Of a stretch of DNA of 64,000 nt, positions 36,854 through 49,320 are shown piece by piece. The stretch is from Nemertoderma westbladi. Its lineage: Eukaryota > Animalia > Xenacoelomorpha. The translations under genes were made by a program, and so were the position numbers. Position 1 is the first letter of the stretch. Every line of letters starts with the position of its first letter. Under the pieces are notes generated by a model, which ran no database searches, was not told the DNA's origin, and was given only the letters and a program-made list of their open reading frames with translations. The stretch is from assembly GCA_032718475.1 (NCBI GenBank), contig JAUCBJ010008638.1, positions 1-64,000 on the forward strand, given 5' to 3'.

Positions 36854-37912
36854 GTAAATCTTTTGAGAGTGGGCACATGCATGAAACGTGCAACTCATCT
36901 TGTACAGAGTTGTTGTCACATATACACGTTCTGCCTAATCGTGGTATGCTCCAAGACATTTTTCATTTTTCTTTAGTAATATTTTTCTGACTGTGCAGTC
37001 AACAGAATCTGCCGCTGATCTTCCCATGCAAAATAGCACGATGTCGCGGATGTGAAATTTGCTACCTACCCAATCGATAATTCACCTGTTTGGAATGTTG
37101 GATATCTTCATAATGTGATTATTGTTGGATTTAGGGACTTTCTTCCATGATGTCAGAGATTCACTGCATGAATCAGCCTGTATATGAATGTCTTTGTCTT
37201 GAAACTTTGCATCGGTCAATGTTTACAAAATTAATGAGATTAGCTTTGAAAACACACCCCAGATCATTATCTCATCTAACTTACAATGCTATTTACAACC
37301 AATCAACTGAACCTGTGACTGTGCCCATTCTCAATTCGTATGAAATCGCCTTTTGAACCATTAATTTGTGTACTCTTTCAGTGATTTAAAGTAAACAATA
37401 TTTGGCCATATTATTTTTACGAAAATGAATTTAGATAATGGAATTTGCTTTAATGTTAGCAACCATTTAGGCTTTGATCTAGACTTATTTGGTAATCGTA
37501 ATCTTCCTCCATTGTTTAATTCTTTAAGAGTATATTTCGAAATGGTATTTAAATCGAAGTAGGTTGCAGCAACTCTTCCAAGGGAATGTTTGTTTTCATC
37601 AATAAGGAACTACTTACTGTAAGCATTGAGGAAAATGTTGAGAAGATTTCCTATTTGTTGAATTCGACTCGAAGCATAAGAGTTTGCAATTCGAAAATTG
37701 ATATTGATACATTGTAAACATGATGCTCGCTTAACCGAAGCCTTCTGGAAACTCCACCTTTTAAATACTACAAAGCAAACCCTGACGTTGACAATGTTCG
37801 TGGTCAATTCCGCATATGGAGAGTAGGAAGTAAGATTTCTTATAGATATTAACTTATAGCAGTGCTGTTATCAGTTATAGTAGATATCCTCTTTTTTCCT
37901 CCCTCCATTTTC

Positions 37913-38685
37913 TGTGAGACGTTCCCGTGTCTGACACTCATTCTGTCTGACTGCCAGAAATTCATAAAGTTGAAATTACTTGTGTCATTGCGGTTTTGAC
38001 GGACAACTGAACATAAAACCGTCACTCACTGTGCTTATAAAAGGACCCAAATTCTCCAACAATAAGTACAATCTGGCTCCAGGTAGACTTCCTGGATGCC
38101 AAGGCCTAACATAGAGCAAAAGGGACAGTGGACCTCCGAGCAGCGCCAGTTAGCGTAGCACGCGCCTGAAAAGGCATCGCGCCATGATGGCACTAGGCAA
38201 AGCAAGGGTCAGACCTATAGACTAGGACTGCCCGAGCGGCACCGGTCAGCTTGGAGCAAACCTGCGAAGCCTTCGAGCCATGATGACACCAGGCGTCGTA
38301 AGGGAAAGACTACCGACAGACTTCCAACGGCCTTCAGACCGACTTATAACAGACACGGACTAGACAGACGGGTTTCACAAGTAGTTTGGGGGGTTAAAAT
38401 CTAACTAAACTAAAGTCCACTGCCTGATTAAATAATTTTGTACTGTAGGCTTATTATTATTATGCTAAAATCATTTACTGTGTATATTCTATTTATATTG
38501 GCGTATTGGGGAGTCCCATATATTTGGAATCAGTGTTAAAATTGTTAGAAAACAAGATCAGTTAGAATAAATTGATGATTCAAGCCCACTCGTTCCTTTT
38601 AATTTTTGCCTGCACTATCCAACCACACCCCAACCCAATACTGGTGACCAATATCGCTGAGATCGCAAACCCTCTCGAACTTACA
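37913..38685 (+). mobile_element. Putative solo LTR / LTR-like fragment
   Basis: Starts TGTGAG; TATAAAA about 38036; GC-richer internal direct repeat; AATAAA about 38566; ends ...TTACA. No convincing TSD. Confidence 0.35.
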
Positions 38686-39814
38686 TCGGCGTTAAGGAAT
38701 TAACGGCAACACAGACACTATGTTATTGCAGAAAGAGTATGTAGTTTGTTAGTAAATGAAGGGAAAACCTGCTCATTATGATTGATTCCAGTTGTTCCCA
38801 TCGTGTCTGCATTATTCACAGCAGCTTTTCCTCTTTGTAAGGGAACTCCTCCAGTAAAGGTCACTAAAGGGAAATCTTTTGTCGGGTGTGTGAGAAGTTC
38901 GAAAGACACTTATCCGATTCTTAGGTGATTCCCCAGCAGAATACCTACCTCACTTCCTACTAGACGATGATGTGTACTAGAGCCCGGAATCAGTGTCATA
39001 AATAAGGAGATTTAGTTTGACTTGCAATATATTGGCATATACTGGAACAATAGCTACTATATCTCACCAATAGAAGCTATTACACTTATGGTGCGAATAA
39101 CGCAATACCAATAACACAATAATATATAATAAATAGGAGAGTAAGTAATAGTAAACAGGTTATAGAGAGTGAGCTGACATTTAATGTAGAAAAGCACCTA
39201 AGAATGAAGTTCTATATCAAACACAATATTATATACGCCATGACTTTGTCAATAATCTTCACTAAACATCTGACTAATCTTGCAATTAACACCTTCACCT
39301 CTGAACACCCAAAATGTTAGTTATCTTTCAGCCGTGAGTACTTGTTGGCAATCGCCCCAATCTAATAATAGTTCCTTTCACTACTGATACAAATAATCGG
39401 ATACATTGTCCTTACTACTGTATTGCAACTCCTACAGTACTTTATAGCACCAATGTTCGGTTTATCGATACGCAATATCTAAACTGGGTTTGGTCCCACT
39501 CTGTATTCATACCTCACTTCACAGCTTTATTAATCATAACACACTATTACTCACTCTATTTGCCAGAGTTATATCCACGGTTGTTACTCTATTATTTACA
39601 TCGTTTTTTGATTTGGGATTACTCACTAACACTTTCAAATATTTGCTTTTTTAATTATGCGAACCTATTTTTGTCACTATTACCTTTCTATCAATCTTTC
39701 TCCTTAATATGTACTATTATTAGATTAATCTTTATAAAACAGTTGTTATTGATGACACAGTTGCCTATCAGCACAACCTTATATATATTGTGGATCGATT
39801 TATATTTAATTTGG

Positions 39815-39850
<36 letters not shown>

Positions 39851-39973
39851 TTTAATTATTTTAATATTTTAATAATTATATAATTAATATATTCAATATA
39901 TTTGCCACAAATATATGTAGAATAAATGATTAATAAATACTGATAAATTTACTTAATACAATAATTACTGTAA

Positions 39974-42900
39974 TCAGTAGTTACCCAAATCAGCGCCACG
40001 CAAACCCGCACCGTCTCCAAATCCCAAGCCCCGCAATGGACGCCGACCTCCACGGAGGCAGAGGGAGCTAGACCGGAGGAGCGCGAACTGCAGCCGCCGG
40101 CAAACACCCCCCAGCACGCACGCGAGGCCCCTCTCACGCATACCATCCCGCTGAGCCACAAGTGACTCCGCTAGATGGCGAATTAGTATTTGAGCCTCGG
40201 TGCACCAGACACCATCAGTGGTGCCAACCAGGGGGGTGAAGGCCATCCTCCGGTCGTTGCAGACGATCTGGTAGTGTCGCTTCTTCAGCCGACACCTCTC
40301 CTCCAGGAGAGACTCAGTTGAACGGTTGGTCTGGACATACGAGGTGGCGTCAGCGTTGATTAACGCAATGTCGAATGACGCCACCCGTTGATTGGCCCAG
40401 ACCCCCCGAGCAACCAGGTCTGCCCGTACGCCCCTCACCTCCCGGCCCTCCCGATCCAAGTACCCCCTGGAAAGAGTCACTTCCCGCTCAACGCTGGACG
40501 GACCAACCACAGAGGCTATCAGCTCCCCGAATACCTCCCGGGCCTCATCATGGCGCTTTATCACCAGCCCACCAGACTTGCAGCTCAAAGCATGGGATGT
40601 GGAGAATGGGCCCCCACACCCCTCACACTTCACAGGCAAATCCGGGGGTACAAGGCCATACCGGAGCGCCAGACAATCCCGGAACTCCTCCGGGCTTAGG
40701 TCCGTGTTGTCCAGCACCGATGGCTGGGCTGTCAACCAGCCTCCGGTCCTGTGCTGGGTTGCCCGCTCCACTGTCCGCCTTCTGTCGGCGGGTAGCTCCC
40801 GTACGGTCGCCTCCTGTTTCGCCGTATATACGGCATCCTGGTAAACCCGCGCCTCCTTTAGGACTTCTCTGAGTCTGGCGACGTGGTCAGCAGCATGGAG
40901 TGGCTGGCCGGACCGGACAGCCTCAGAGACCAGTGAGGTCCCGTCGGTGGATGCTGACCGGGCTGGACCAACCCGCATTAGCGGGTCTCGTAACCCGACA
41001 CCACCATGACGAGCGGGGAGAAGGAACAAATCTTCCTCAATAGGCCCAACGTGGACACCAAACAGGGACGGGAGATACTCTCGCGTGAGTGCTGTCCGTA
41101 TGGGTATGAGGTCTTCCTCGTCAACAGGTACTACACGCAGGAGGTAGTCCCACTCGGCTTGTAGGCATCTCGACATCCCGGTGTGAGCGGTTTGAGGGAA
41201 CTGTTTGGCGATTTCGGAAAGCCGCTCGATACTTTTGACCCAGCCAGCTACTTTATCCGCTACATACTCCTTCCGGCCGACCGTTGAACCAATGTAGCCA
41301 CCGAGAAACCTCTGTCCCAACACGATCTGGATTCCTGATGGACCAAACAGCGCCTGTGCCTCGTCCTCGAAACCCGGCTTGACGATTAAGAAGCTCTTAG
41401 TCGGCTTGGGGTTGTATCCTATACCAGGTCCCAGTTTACACAGCTCACGCCACCAGCTCCAGACCCCCCTGAGCGAGCTGGCTGAGGAGGCATCGTCTGC
41501 ATACCAGCACTGTCGCTAGGATTCGTTAATGAAACCTGATGACACGTCGAGTGACTCTTGGGCATCATCTGTATATGATCCTGGAACAGGAGAGGAGTCA
41601 AATTCCCTGGAGGAGCCCGGAGTAGGGTCAGGTTCCCATGGAGGAGTGGAGGCGACAGATGTAGCATCCAAACTGGAGGAGCCAGGAATGGAGTCAGGAT
41701 CCCATGGCGGAGTGGAGGCGACCAATGTAGCATCCAAACTGGAGGAGCCCTGAGTGGTGTCAGGATCCCATGGAGCAGTGGAGGCGACCAAACTAGCATC
41801 CAAACTGGAGGAGCCCGGAGTGGAGTCAAGATCCCATGGCGGAGTGGAGGCGACCAATATAGCGTCCAAACTGGAGGAGCCCTGAGTGGAGTCAAGATCC
41901 CATGGCGGAGTGGAGGTGACCAATATAGCGTCCAAACTGGAGGAGCCCAGAGTGGAGTTCAGATCGCCCGAAGGAGTTGATTCCAAAATGGATGGGCCCT
42001 GGGAGTTGTCAAGTGGGGTGGAGGCAACAGGGGAGGCATATATGTTGGAACCCAGAGATGAGACGGGATGGAGTGAGGCTGAGGCCGTTATCGACCGCAA
42101 CTTCCTAATCATAGGGATAACACCCCCGCCATATGCTAGCATAGCGATTGGATCACCCTGGGTCCAACCCTCTTGGCTCCACAGTGGGGGACCTTCACTC
42201 CCGTGAATATAGAGAGAATCGTGGCCGTTGTGGGCGTTATATAGGAACCTAGAAGCCCGGTGCCAATATATCCGACAGTTCCAGAGACCGACTGGACGAC
42301 TGATGCTGTTGAAAGCATTTGTAGCATCGACCAACAGCATTACCTCGGTATCCTCCTCCTCAAAAATGGCCGACATTGCGTGGACCGCACCCTCGATGCC
42401 AGCCTTTACTCCAGCACAGAGTTGATCGGCCCCACACTGGGCGATGAGGTCCATTTTGGTTACAAACGCGATGCAGTTTGATAGAAGCCTGTATAGGACC
42501 TCACCGACACCAATCGGGCGAACCCCGGGCAGTGTGTCAAGCGCAACCAGGCGACAGGCACGCAGGGCCCTTATCTCGGACCACGGTACGATGGTGTTGG
42601 CGAGTCGACGTGCCAACCCAGACACTGCCACTCGGAGCCGGGCGCTGTGTGCTTCAAAGCGGGTCAATACGGCGCTCCACCACTCGGCATCACCACCGGC
42701 AGGACCAGCGCTGCCACTGAGAGATCGGGCTACCTTCAACACCACCTGTCCCGTAACATCGACCCCCTCAAAAGGCGGGAGGTCAGGGCAATGTTCGAAT
42801 GCGTCTGGCGAAACCGCCATTTGGGGTGGATGTTTCGATTGAAGAACATCACGGACGGTGACTCTCGGGGGCTGACCCACCGCCTGTGCATTCGGGTCGA

Positions 42901-43389
42901 GGATACCGCCGGTTTCACGGTCTGTCACGGATCGAACCGCCGCCCGGTTCATACCTGCTAGGATTTTCCTATTATAAACTCTTGCCGCATTATCCATGTT
43001 CGAACCACGCGTAAACCGGATAGGAAACTTTGAGTTACAACGTTCGGCCTCGGTAAGAAGGGAGTCAAACTCACCCATCTCCCACATCCCCACACGCCTC
43101 AGGATGGTCCTTCTAATATCTGGGGTCTTGACCACATCAGGGTCCCGCTGGAAGACCATGGCTATGAAGCACATTGGATGCTCAGATGGGAAAACCCCAC
43201 CTGTAAGATTATCGATTTCCTGGGTGAGAAAATCGACAACCTTTCTCCCTGCGTTTCCTCCCGGGACGATATAACGGTGGCTGGGTAGGCGGGTCAGGCG
43301 GGTGTGTCGGTCTTCCCACATTTGGTCTGTAGAGGAACCGGGGCTGTTTAACCACACCCCCTCGAACGCGGTCTCCAGAACTTCCGTAG
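39974..43389 (-). pseudogene. CRE RT-RLE ORF with a single in-frame TAG at 41516-41518
   Basis: ORFs 41516-43429 and 39974-41323 are in the same frame; ES*RQCWYADD here versus RSQRQCWYADD in copy 1. Confidence 0.85.
41600..41960 (-). repeat. In-frame 66-bp (22-aa, GSSSLDAxLVASTPPWDxDSTP) tandem repeat inside the RT domain
   Basis: aactggagga recurs at 41671, 41737 and onward; about 5-6 copies. Confidence 0.93.
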
Positions 43390-43907
43390 TTAATTTGGTG
43401 ATTGTTATTAAATAACAAATTAATTGCAATAATTAATTAATAATAATTAAATATAATATAAATTAATTATAATTACATAAAATATAATAATAATTGGTAC
43501 TAATGATCACAGACGGATTTTGTTGGTTTAGATTGAATTGATTTTCTCGTACTTCGCCTGTACTGGTCAGGCTGATGAAAGAGTTGAATCTGCAATAATT
43601 CTATATGACTTCCTAGCAATGTTTGCCTTTTTATTCGAGGCAATAGCGCATTTGTATTACCATCTGATCACATTTTACCGGTTGTTTCTTTCTAGAATAT
43701 GAATTCCTAACTTGTTCATCATTTTATTAATGCATGCAATTGGGCAACAAATTTGTAAGATAGAGCCTTTTTTTAACACATTCATTAAAAGGACTAGATG
43801 ATATTCTAGAAAATTAATAAACAAAACCCAAAAAAATATGCAAGCAAAAAACATAACATATATATATCATACTCAAAATACCCTCTGTACCACGAAGGGT
43901 ACATGTC

Positions 43908-44160
43908 TGGGAGCTTCTGGTTAGCTTATATGATCTTAGCACTGGTTCAGAAATCTATTAGTTGTAAGTTCGAGCCCTGCCGTGGTCATCTCAACCTTTC
44001 ATTCCCTGCGGTCGATAAAATGAGAACCAGTAGAATTACTGGGAGCAAATTATAGGATTAGGAGTAGCGCCCACCCCAATTTCGGGTACCAGTTATTGAA
44101 AGAGAAACCTTCGGGTCGCCTCTGGCTTTGGACAACTGTTTGCTTTGCTTGTTTGCTACT
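43908..44160 (+). mobile_element. tRNA-derived SINE with Nin/Deu-like core (same family as 32040-32166)
   Basis: gttcgagccctgcc, ctcaacctttcattccctgcggtcgataaaatgagaaccag, (tttgc)n tail; a further fragment lies at about 44220-44250. Confidence 0.75.
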
Positions 44161-44282
44161 TCTTAATGGTGAGAGCTAAGGATCGATAACCGTTGAGTAA
44201 GATATGATGGATGAGTGATGAATGAGGACCAGTAGAAATACTGGGAGCAAAACAGTTTGCGTTTTATGTACCAATGCAACTT

Positions 44283-44824
44283 CAGTTTTAATGTGTTAGT
44301 GCGTGAAATCATGAAGTTAAATAAAATATAAAATATGGTAAATAAATATTTGCCTAGTCCATAAGATGCATAAGTAGCAGTCTTGAACTGCATTTTAATG
44401 AATATTATTTTTTATGATGGGAACATGTTTGGCAGGGCTAGACACGGAGAAACTATACAGGATCAGTTTTAATGTGTTAGTGCGTGAAATCATGAAGTTA
44501 AATAAAATTTAAAATATGGTAAATAAATATTTGCCTAGTCCATAAGATGCATAAGTAGCGATCTTGGACTGCATTTTAATGAATATTATTTTTTATGATA
44601 GGAACATGTTTGGCAGGGCTAGACATGGAGAAACTATACAGGATCAGTTTTAATGTGTTAGTGCGTGAAATCATGAAGTTAAATAAAATTTAAAATATGG
44701 TAAATAAATATTTGCCTAGTCCATAAGATGCATAAGTAGCGATCTTGGACTGCATTTTAATGAATATTATTTTTTATGATAGGAACATGTTTGGCAGGGC
44801 TAGACACGGAGAAACTATACAGGA
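44283..44824. repeat. 181-bp tandem triplication spanning a splice acceptor
   Basis: cagttttaatgtgttagtgcg starts at 44283, 44464 and 44645. Confidence 0.95.
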
Positions 44825-44953
44825 TATCTAATGAATCAAAAATCTGTCCACTGGCGCCTAAAACCCTAGGGGGAATACTGCAGATAGGGTGTTCAGTGTA
44901 TTATGGTGGTGATGTTTGCAGCGATCATGTAGGATGCCGATTATGCACAATAG
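44783..44953 (+). CDS. EGF-domain gene, candidate exon F (Cys-rich, non-EGF)
   Basis: ttttatgatag| TCLAGLDTEKLYRISNESKICPLAPKTLGGILQIGCSVYYGGDVCSDHVGCRLCTI |gtatag; 171 bp, phase 1-1. Confidence 0.55.
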
Positions 44954-45402
44954 GTATAGTATACTATTTCATTATATATAATTATTTATGAAACAAAAAT
45001 AGTTAATTGTTTCCAATTTAATTAATCTCCCAATACTAATCATCTGATTCATATTTGTTCAATCATATTATTAAGTTATAATATAATAAATATACTTAAT
45101 AATTTGCTGTGTCTTCGATGTAAAATCATAATTTCATTGATAACTGTAGCTGTATAAAATGATCAACAAATGATCTCATGATCGTGAATTCAATGGTCGT
45201 TGCTTGATTGTATTAAAAATGAACAGAATAATTAATCGATAGGCATTTCATCATAACATAGAGAACTATCTAGCTAAAATTTAACACTACCATGAACTAT
45301 GCTGAAAAATTTCCCAAACTATAGAGTGAATCAACGATCCCCGATTACTGCCTTAACTTTATTATTGTGACAAATTAACCTAACTAACTAACTAACTAAC
45401 AG

Positions 45403-45679
45403 GTGAATATATAATGGAAAGGCTTGAGAGAAACATCAACAAAAGGTCCCCATCATATTCTGACTGTTTACTAGCCCAAAGGAGTATGTTTGAAGCTTAC
45501 ATAATGGGATGCGCTGGCCCAGTCGTGAAAAAGGATATAAATCGTTGCTATTCAGAGTACTGGATACACCGATGGAATTATAAGAAACGAGTTAAATTTG
45601 CATATTGCAGTGAGATACTCGATTGGTATACGAAAGTATCCTCTGGACAAGATGTCGCATTTGGAAATTACAACATAAA
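45403..45679 (+). CDS. EGF-domain gene, candidate exon G
   Basis: ctaactaacag| GEYIMERLERNINKRSPSYSDCLL...GNYNI |gtaagt; phase 1-2, open throughout, strong branch point and donor. Confidence 0.6.
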
Positions 45680-45860
45680 GTAAGTAAATAATTTATTTAT
45701 TTATTTATTTTTATTTTTTTCAGTTTTTTTTTCTTCTAGAATTTTTTATATATTAGCCTATAATATTATATCAATAGTATTAATATCTAAACAGAAATAG
45801 CACAAACAAACACAAAGCCTTCCAACTAATAATCCCTAAATTTAAAAGTCTAAAAAATTA

Positions 45861-46290
45861 TGTGACGGGATCATATATCCCGACCGGGTTGGATATGTAC
45901 GGGTACGCGTCACCGTCTCGCTGGGCTGTTGCACTATAGTCGTTTTGGCCAGAGGCCGTCGGGAAAATTATGTGGTTTGAGTTTCTCAATATTAATGTTT
46001 CCACTGACAATAGCACAGGATCAGTATATCAGAAATCAGTAATGACAGCAGAAAATACAGATATTAATTGGTGGCGGTGACGGTCATAAACTATGACCGG
46101 TCTGCAACTGAGTAACTAATGAACTGACCGGTAAATCAGTAGTGCAGAATAATATATGATTAATACACATGGATATTGATTTCACCTCTTACTGTACTTG
46201 GCCCTCTGTACCCAGTGGATGCTTTCCTATCTCTAATCACGTGCTTCCCTCTCCGCTATTGGCTAATATACTAATTGTCACGTTGGCGCT
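45861..46290. mobile_element. LTR-like fragment
   Basis: Starts tgtgacggga, with the same 16-mer context aaattatgtgacggga as at 50133. Ends gtcacg followed by PBS-like tggcgc. Confidence 0.3.
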
Positions 46291-46579
46291 CCCTGCGAGT
46301 GCCCCCCCCCCCCCCGCTGCTAGCCTCTACTAGCTGTATTCCCTCCGAGGTGGTTTGACCTCTCACCTCTCTCTGTGGCTTTAGGGCTTGTGTCCCCCCC
46401 CCAATGTTGGTTATGAGGCGAGATTAATATTGGTAATCTCGTATCCCCAACTATATTGGAAAAATGCCACTGGTCCTATTCTAAGGTGGATAGTGCAATG
46501 GAATTGAATCCGCTTACAAATTAAAAGTGAAGCAGTCTGGTCCGCAATGGGTGTATGGGCTTGGGGAGCAGAGAGAAGA

Positions 46580-47990
46580 TCATAGAGACCCTCCAATAGT
46601 GCAGGGTCTGCGGTCCCGAGGATGGAGGCTGTGTTGCCGTTCAGGATGGCTATGAGGGTGCCTTGGAGGAGAAACCAATGGGATCTCGGTCCAAGGTGGT
46701 TGCCCACCTCCTTTAGGATTGCAGCCGTTTCGGGGCTGGGTCAACAGAAGGTGTCGAAGGCTACCAGGTGGAATAAGTAGCTTTGGTCGACTAGTTCCAC
46801 ATACTTCGCGATCTTCGTGTTCTCTGCCTCCTCGACAACACGGCGGATAGCCACTGCACTCGCAGCGAGATGACTGGGAGTGAGGGGGGTCTTCGATGGT
46901 CGCATCCCAGGTCAGCATGCGGCCGTGGCTCCATGGGACAAGGGTGATGCTATCGATGTTGCCATGGCTCGCCACACTATGTCGTTCAACATAGAGTGAC
47001 TTTCCATCCTTCTGGCGCTTCTCCGACATGACAGAGCGTGGAGGCCGTCTGATCTTACGTCGGTGGTGCAGAGGAGCCGCTAGGGTGGGGCAGGAGGGGG
47101 CAGCCGCCCAGGGCTGCCACTTCAGGGGGGCGAAAAATTTAGAAATATTTAGGAGAGGAAATTGGGACTATATGCAAAATGTAGAAATTTAATCTTTAGT
47201 AGTGGTGGTTACATTATGGCCTGCAAACATAGGAAGACAAGACTTACTGCAGGCAGGCTGGCCTACCTGCCTATTATCTGTTGTAATTGGTATGGGCTCT
47301 TTCAGCAAAATTAAATTAATATTAAATCACTTACGAACTACAATGAAACGCTTGTCTGAACTAGCCCTGCTTAGTATAGAGTCCGCAACAGCTTAGTAAC
47401 AGCTTAGAATTCAATTTATTAATTACCGAATTTGCTTCAATCAAATCTCGTAAAGTTTTTTTCTAATTTGGCCTATTTATTTTTGTAACAAATATAATCA
47501 TGTTCTTTAAATATACTCAGTTTCCATAATTCTTTTGTGTTATAGTTTGTACAGTATTTATTTTTTTTGGGGGGTGTGGGGGGGGGGGGCGCTCAAAATG
47601 GGACTCGATGCCCAGGGGCGCAAACAACGAAGCTCCGCCACTGCGGTCGTGTTATGGTGGTATAAAACAATGTTATTTAGCTAATAATAATGAGCTGATC
47701 TATCCTCCATTGAGTAGGTCGTCAGCCCAGAATGTGGTTGAGGCGGGGCAGGAGTGGAGGTGGTGTTGTCGACATTGTCTGAGTTGGTGGGGTCACCATG
47801 GTGGGTGTCGAACCGGAACCTGTACAACGGTTCCTGTTCTGTGGACCCATATCCGACCGCTGCAGACGCTAAGCACCGTTGACCTCAAGCAAACTGGGCA
47901 GGGAAGGCGTAGCTGCCTAGATATGCTGCAGTCACTGGCGGTGAACGACGTCGAGGAAGTCATCTACTCCTCCATTTACTGTTCTACAAA
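46580..47990 (-). pseudogene. Decayed RLE-type (CRE-like, different subfamily) LINE fragment, split by a hAT insertion
   Basis: Remnants ITLVPWSHGRMLTWDAT and IAILNGNTASILGT; HALSC-like region near 47030; multiple frameshifts. Confidence 0.6.
47069..47643 (+). mobile_element. Non-autonomous hAT element with hATC dimerisation remnant
   Basis: CAG...CTG ends; 8-bp TSD cggtggtg / cggtcgtg; remnant SFSKIKLILNHLRTTMKRLSELALLSIE. Confidence 0.8.
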
Positions 47991-48681
47991 ATTATTAATA
48001 AAATACTGAATTGGTCAACAGTCTGTATGTCTGTACAGCAGTAGGATGAACCGTAATGTAGGTACATTTTTGGTGTATGTGTTGACATGCCTATTACTAC
48101 TGTATTATTATCCGAGATTTTATTTATTTAATTATTTATATTTTCAATTGTTTTAAAAAAATCAAATAAATGTGTTGAATACTTTGGGTTAAATATTACT
48201 TAATAGATGGCTTAACATATTATAAGAAATTATTATATTATAAGTTAATTATTATCTCACATACGTAGAATACAATACAGAAATAAAAAAATGTTCAGAG
48301 CAAAAGTTTTATTAGGTTTATTATATAAATTACAATATATTTTTTTGTTTTTCTGTTAAGATAATTTATTTATATTATTTAAACCTATGTGGACTAGTAT
48401 ATTGTACATTTATGGACCCCAGCAAAGTTATAATTGCTAGCAATTTTGGGTGCCTAATCAGCTGTTTTTCAATGAAATCCCCACAAGTTGGATTTTGCAT
48501 TGAGTGAAAAATGGCTACTTCCTTCTAAATAATATCGACGGTAAGTCGAAATATTTCGAGCTATTAGATAAACAATAGGTTAAAAATTAGTAGATAATAA
48601 TTTAATAACATATTATATTTTTTATCAGGTACATTTCCTTTCTTCTTTACCTTTTCATTTAATAAATTAATTTAATTTAAG

Positions 48682-48808
48682 GATGTGGTACATGTGGGAG
48701 TCAACATCGAAAATGTGTGATGCCCCTGAATGCCTACCCGCCTGGGCGAGAGACCCCATCCACCATCCCAATGACGTGAAACCATTACTCCTTGGACCTT
48801 ATACCTAG
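48682..48808 (+). CDS. EGF-domain gene, candidate terminal exon H
   Basis: ttaatttaag|G continues phase 2 from exon G: KMWYMWESTSKMCDAPECLPAWARDPIHHPNDVKPLLLGPYT*; AATAAA at about 48875. Confidence 0.5.
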
Positions 48809-49239
48809 GTCTACCGACCTTATTTCTGTTCACTATTGCACACAGTTCCAATAGGTTTAAACGTAGTTAGTTCTAATAAATATTTAAATTATTTTTTTCT
48901 TCAACATATGTGATGAAACATATGCACTACTGTATAGTAGTAAAATGTAGATAGGCCTTTAGGAGTACATTACAAATATATAGTAAAACAAAAATACATC
49001 TAGGCCTACATGAAGTTAGTCATCAAAGATAGTCTAACAACTTGGGGTATATAAATAGTAATATATAAATATAAACAGCGATTCTGAGTTTGATATTATA
49101 TTAAATAAAACGGGAGGGGTGATTGTCATTTAGTTTAGGCCTATAGTTTTAACAAAACATTATTTTAACATACCAAATGTTGCCGTTAGGCCAGGGATTA
49201 CGTACAGAATCTAACGATTTATTTCCTGTGCAGTCCCCC

Positions 49240-49320
49240 CAGTACTATACTCCCCGGAGGAAACACCAGTACTCATTTAGCTACCACGTAAGGATGCAAG
49301 GCATGCGCCCTGGCTAGTCC
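49240..49320 (-). mobile_element. Nin/Deu-type SINE core fragment
   Basis: Minus strand gccttgcatcctt...aaatgagtactgg. Confidence 0.4.

Larger units (their letters stand above)
39820..43389 (-). mobile_element. CRE-clade non-LTR retrotransposon, copy 2 (5'-truncated, poly-A tailed)
   Basis: 14-bp TSD ttaatttggtgatt (39806-19 / 43390-403); T-run of about 27 nt is the poly-A tail; same RT/RLE motifs as copy 1 but diverged. Confidence 0.92.

Noticed and set aside
41516-41518. Programmed readthrough of the TAG in CRE copy 2
   Set aside because: Copy 1 has Gln at this position, so a CAG-to-TAG mutation is the simpler explanation.
34760-42100. The RT-internal inserts as introns or inteins
   Set aside because: The nearest GT/AG pairs do not restore the reading frame in either copy, and there are no intein terminal residues (C/S...HN).
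38950-43800. Highly decayed CR1/L2-like RT remnants flanking CRE copy 2 (minus strand)
   Set aside because: Only faint motif traces (LMNKLGI, SFLG, LTLYNL); too degraded to delimit by eye.
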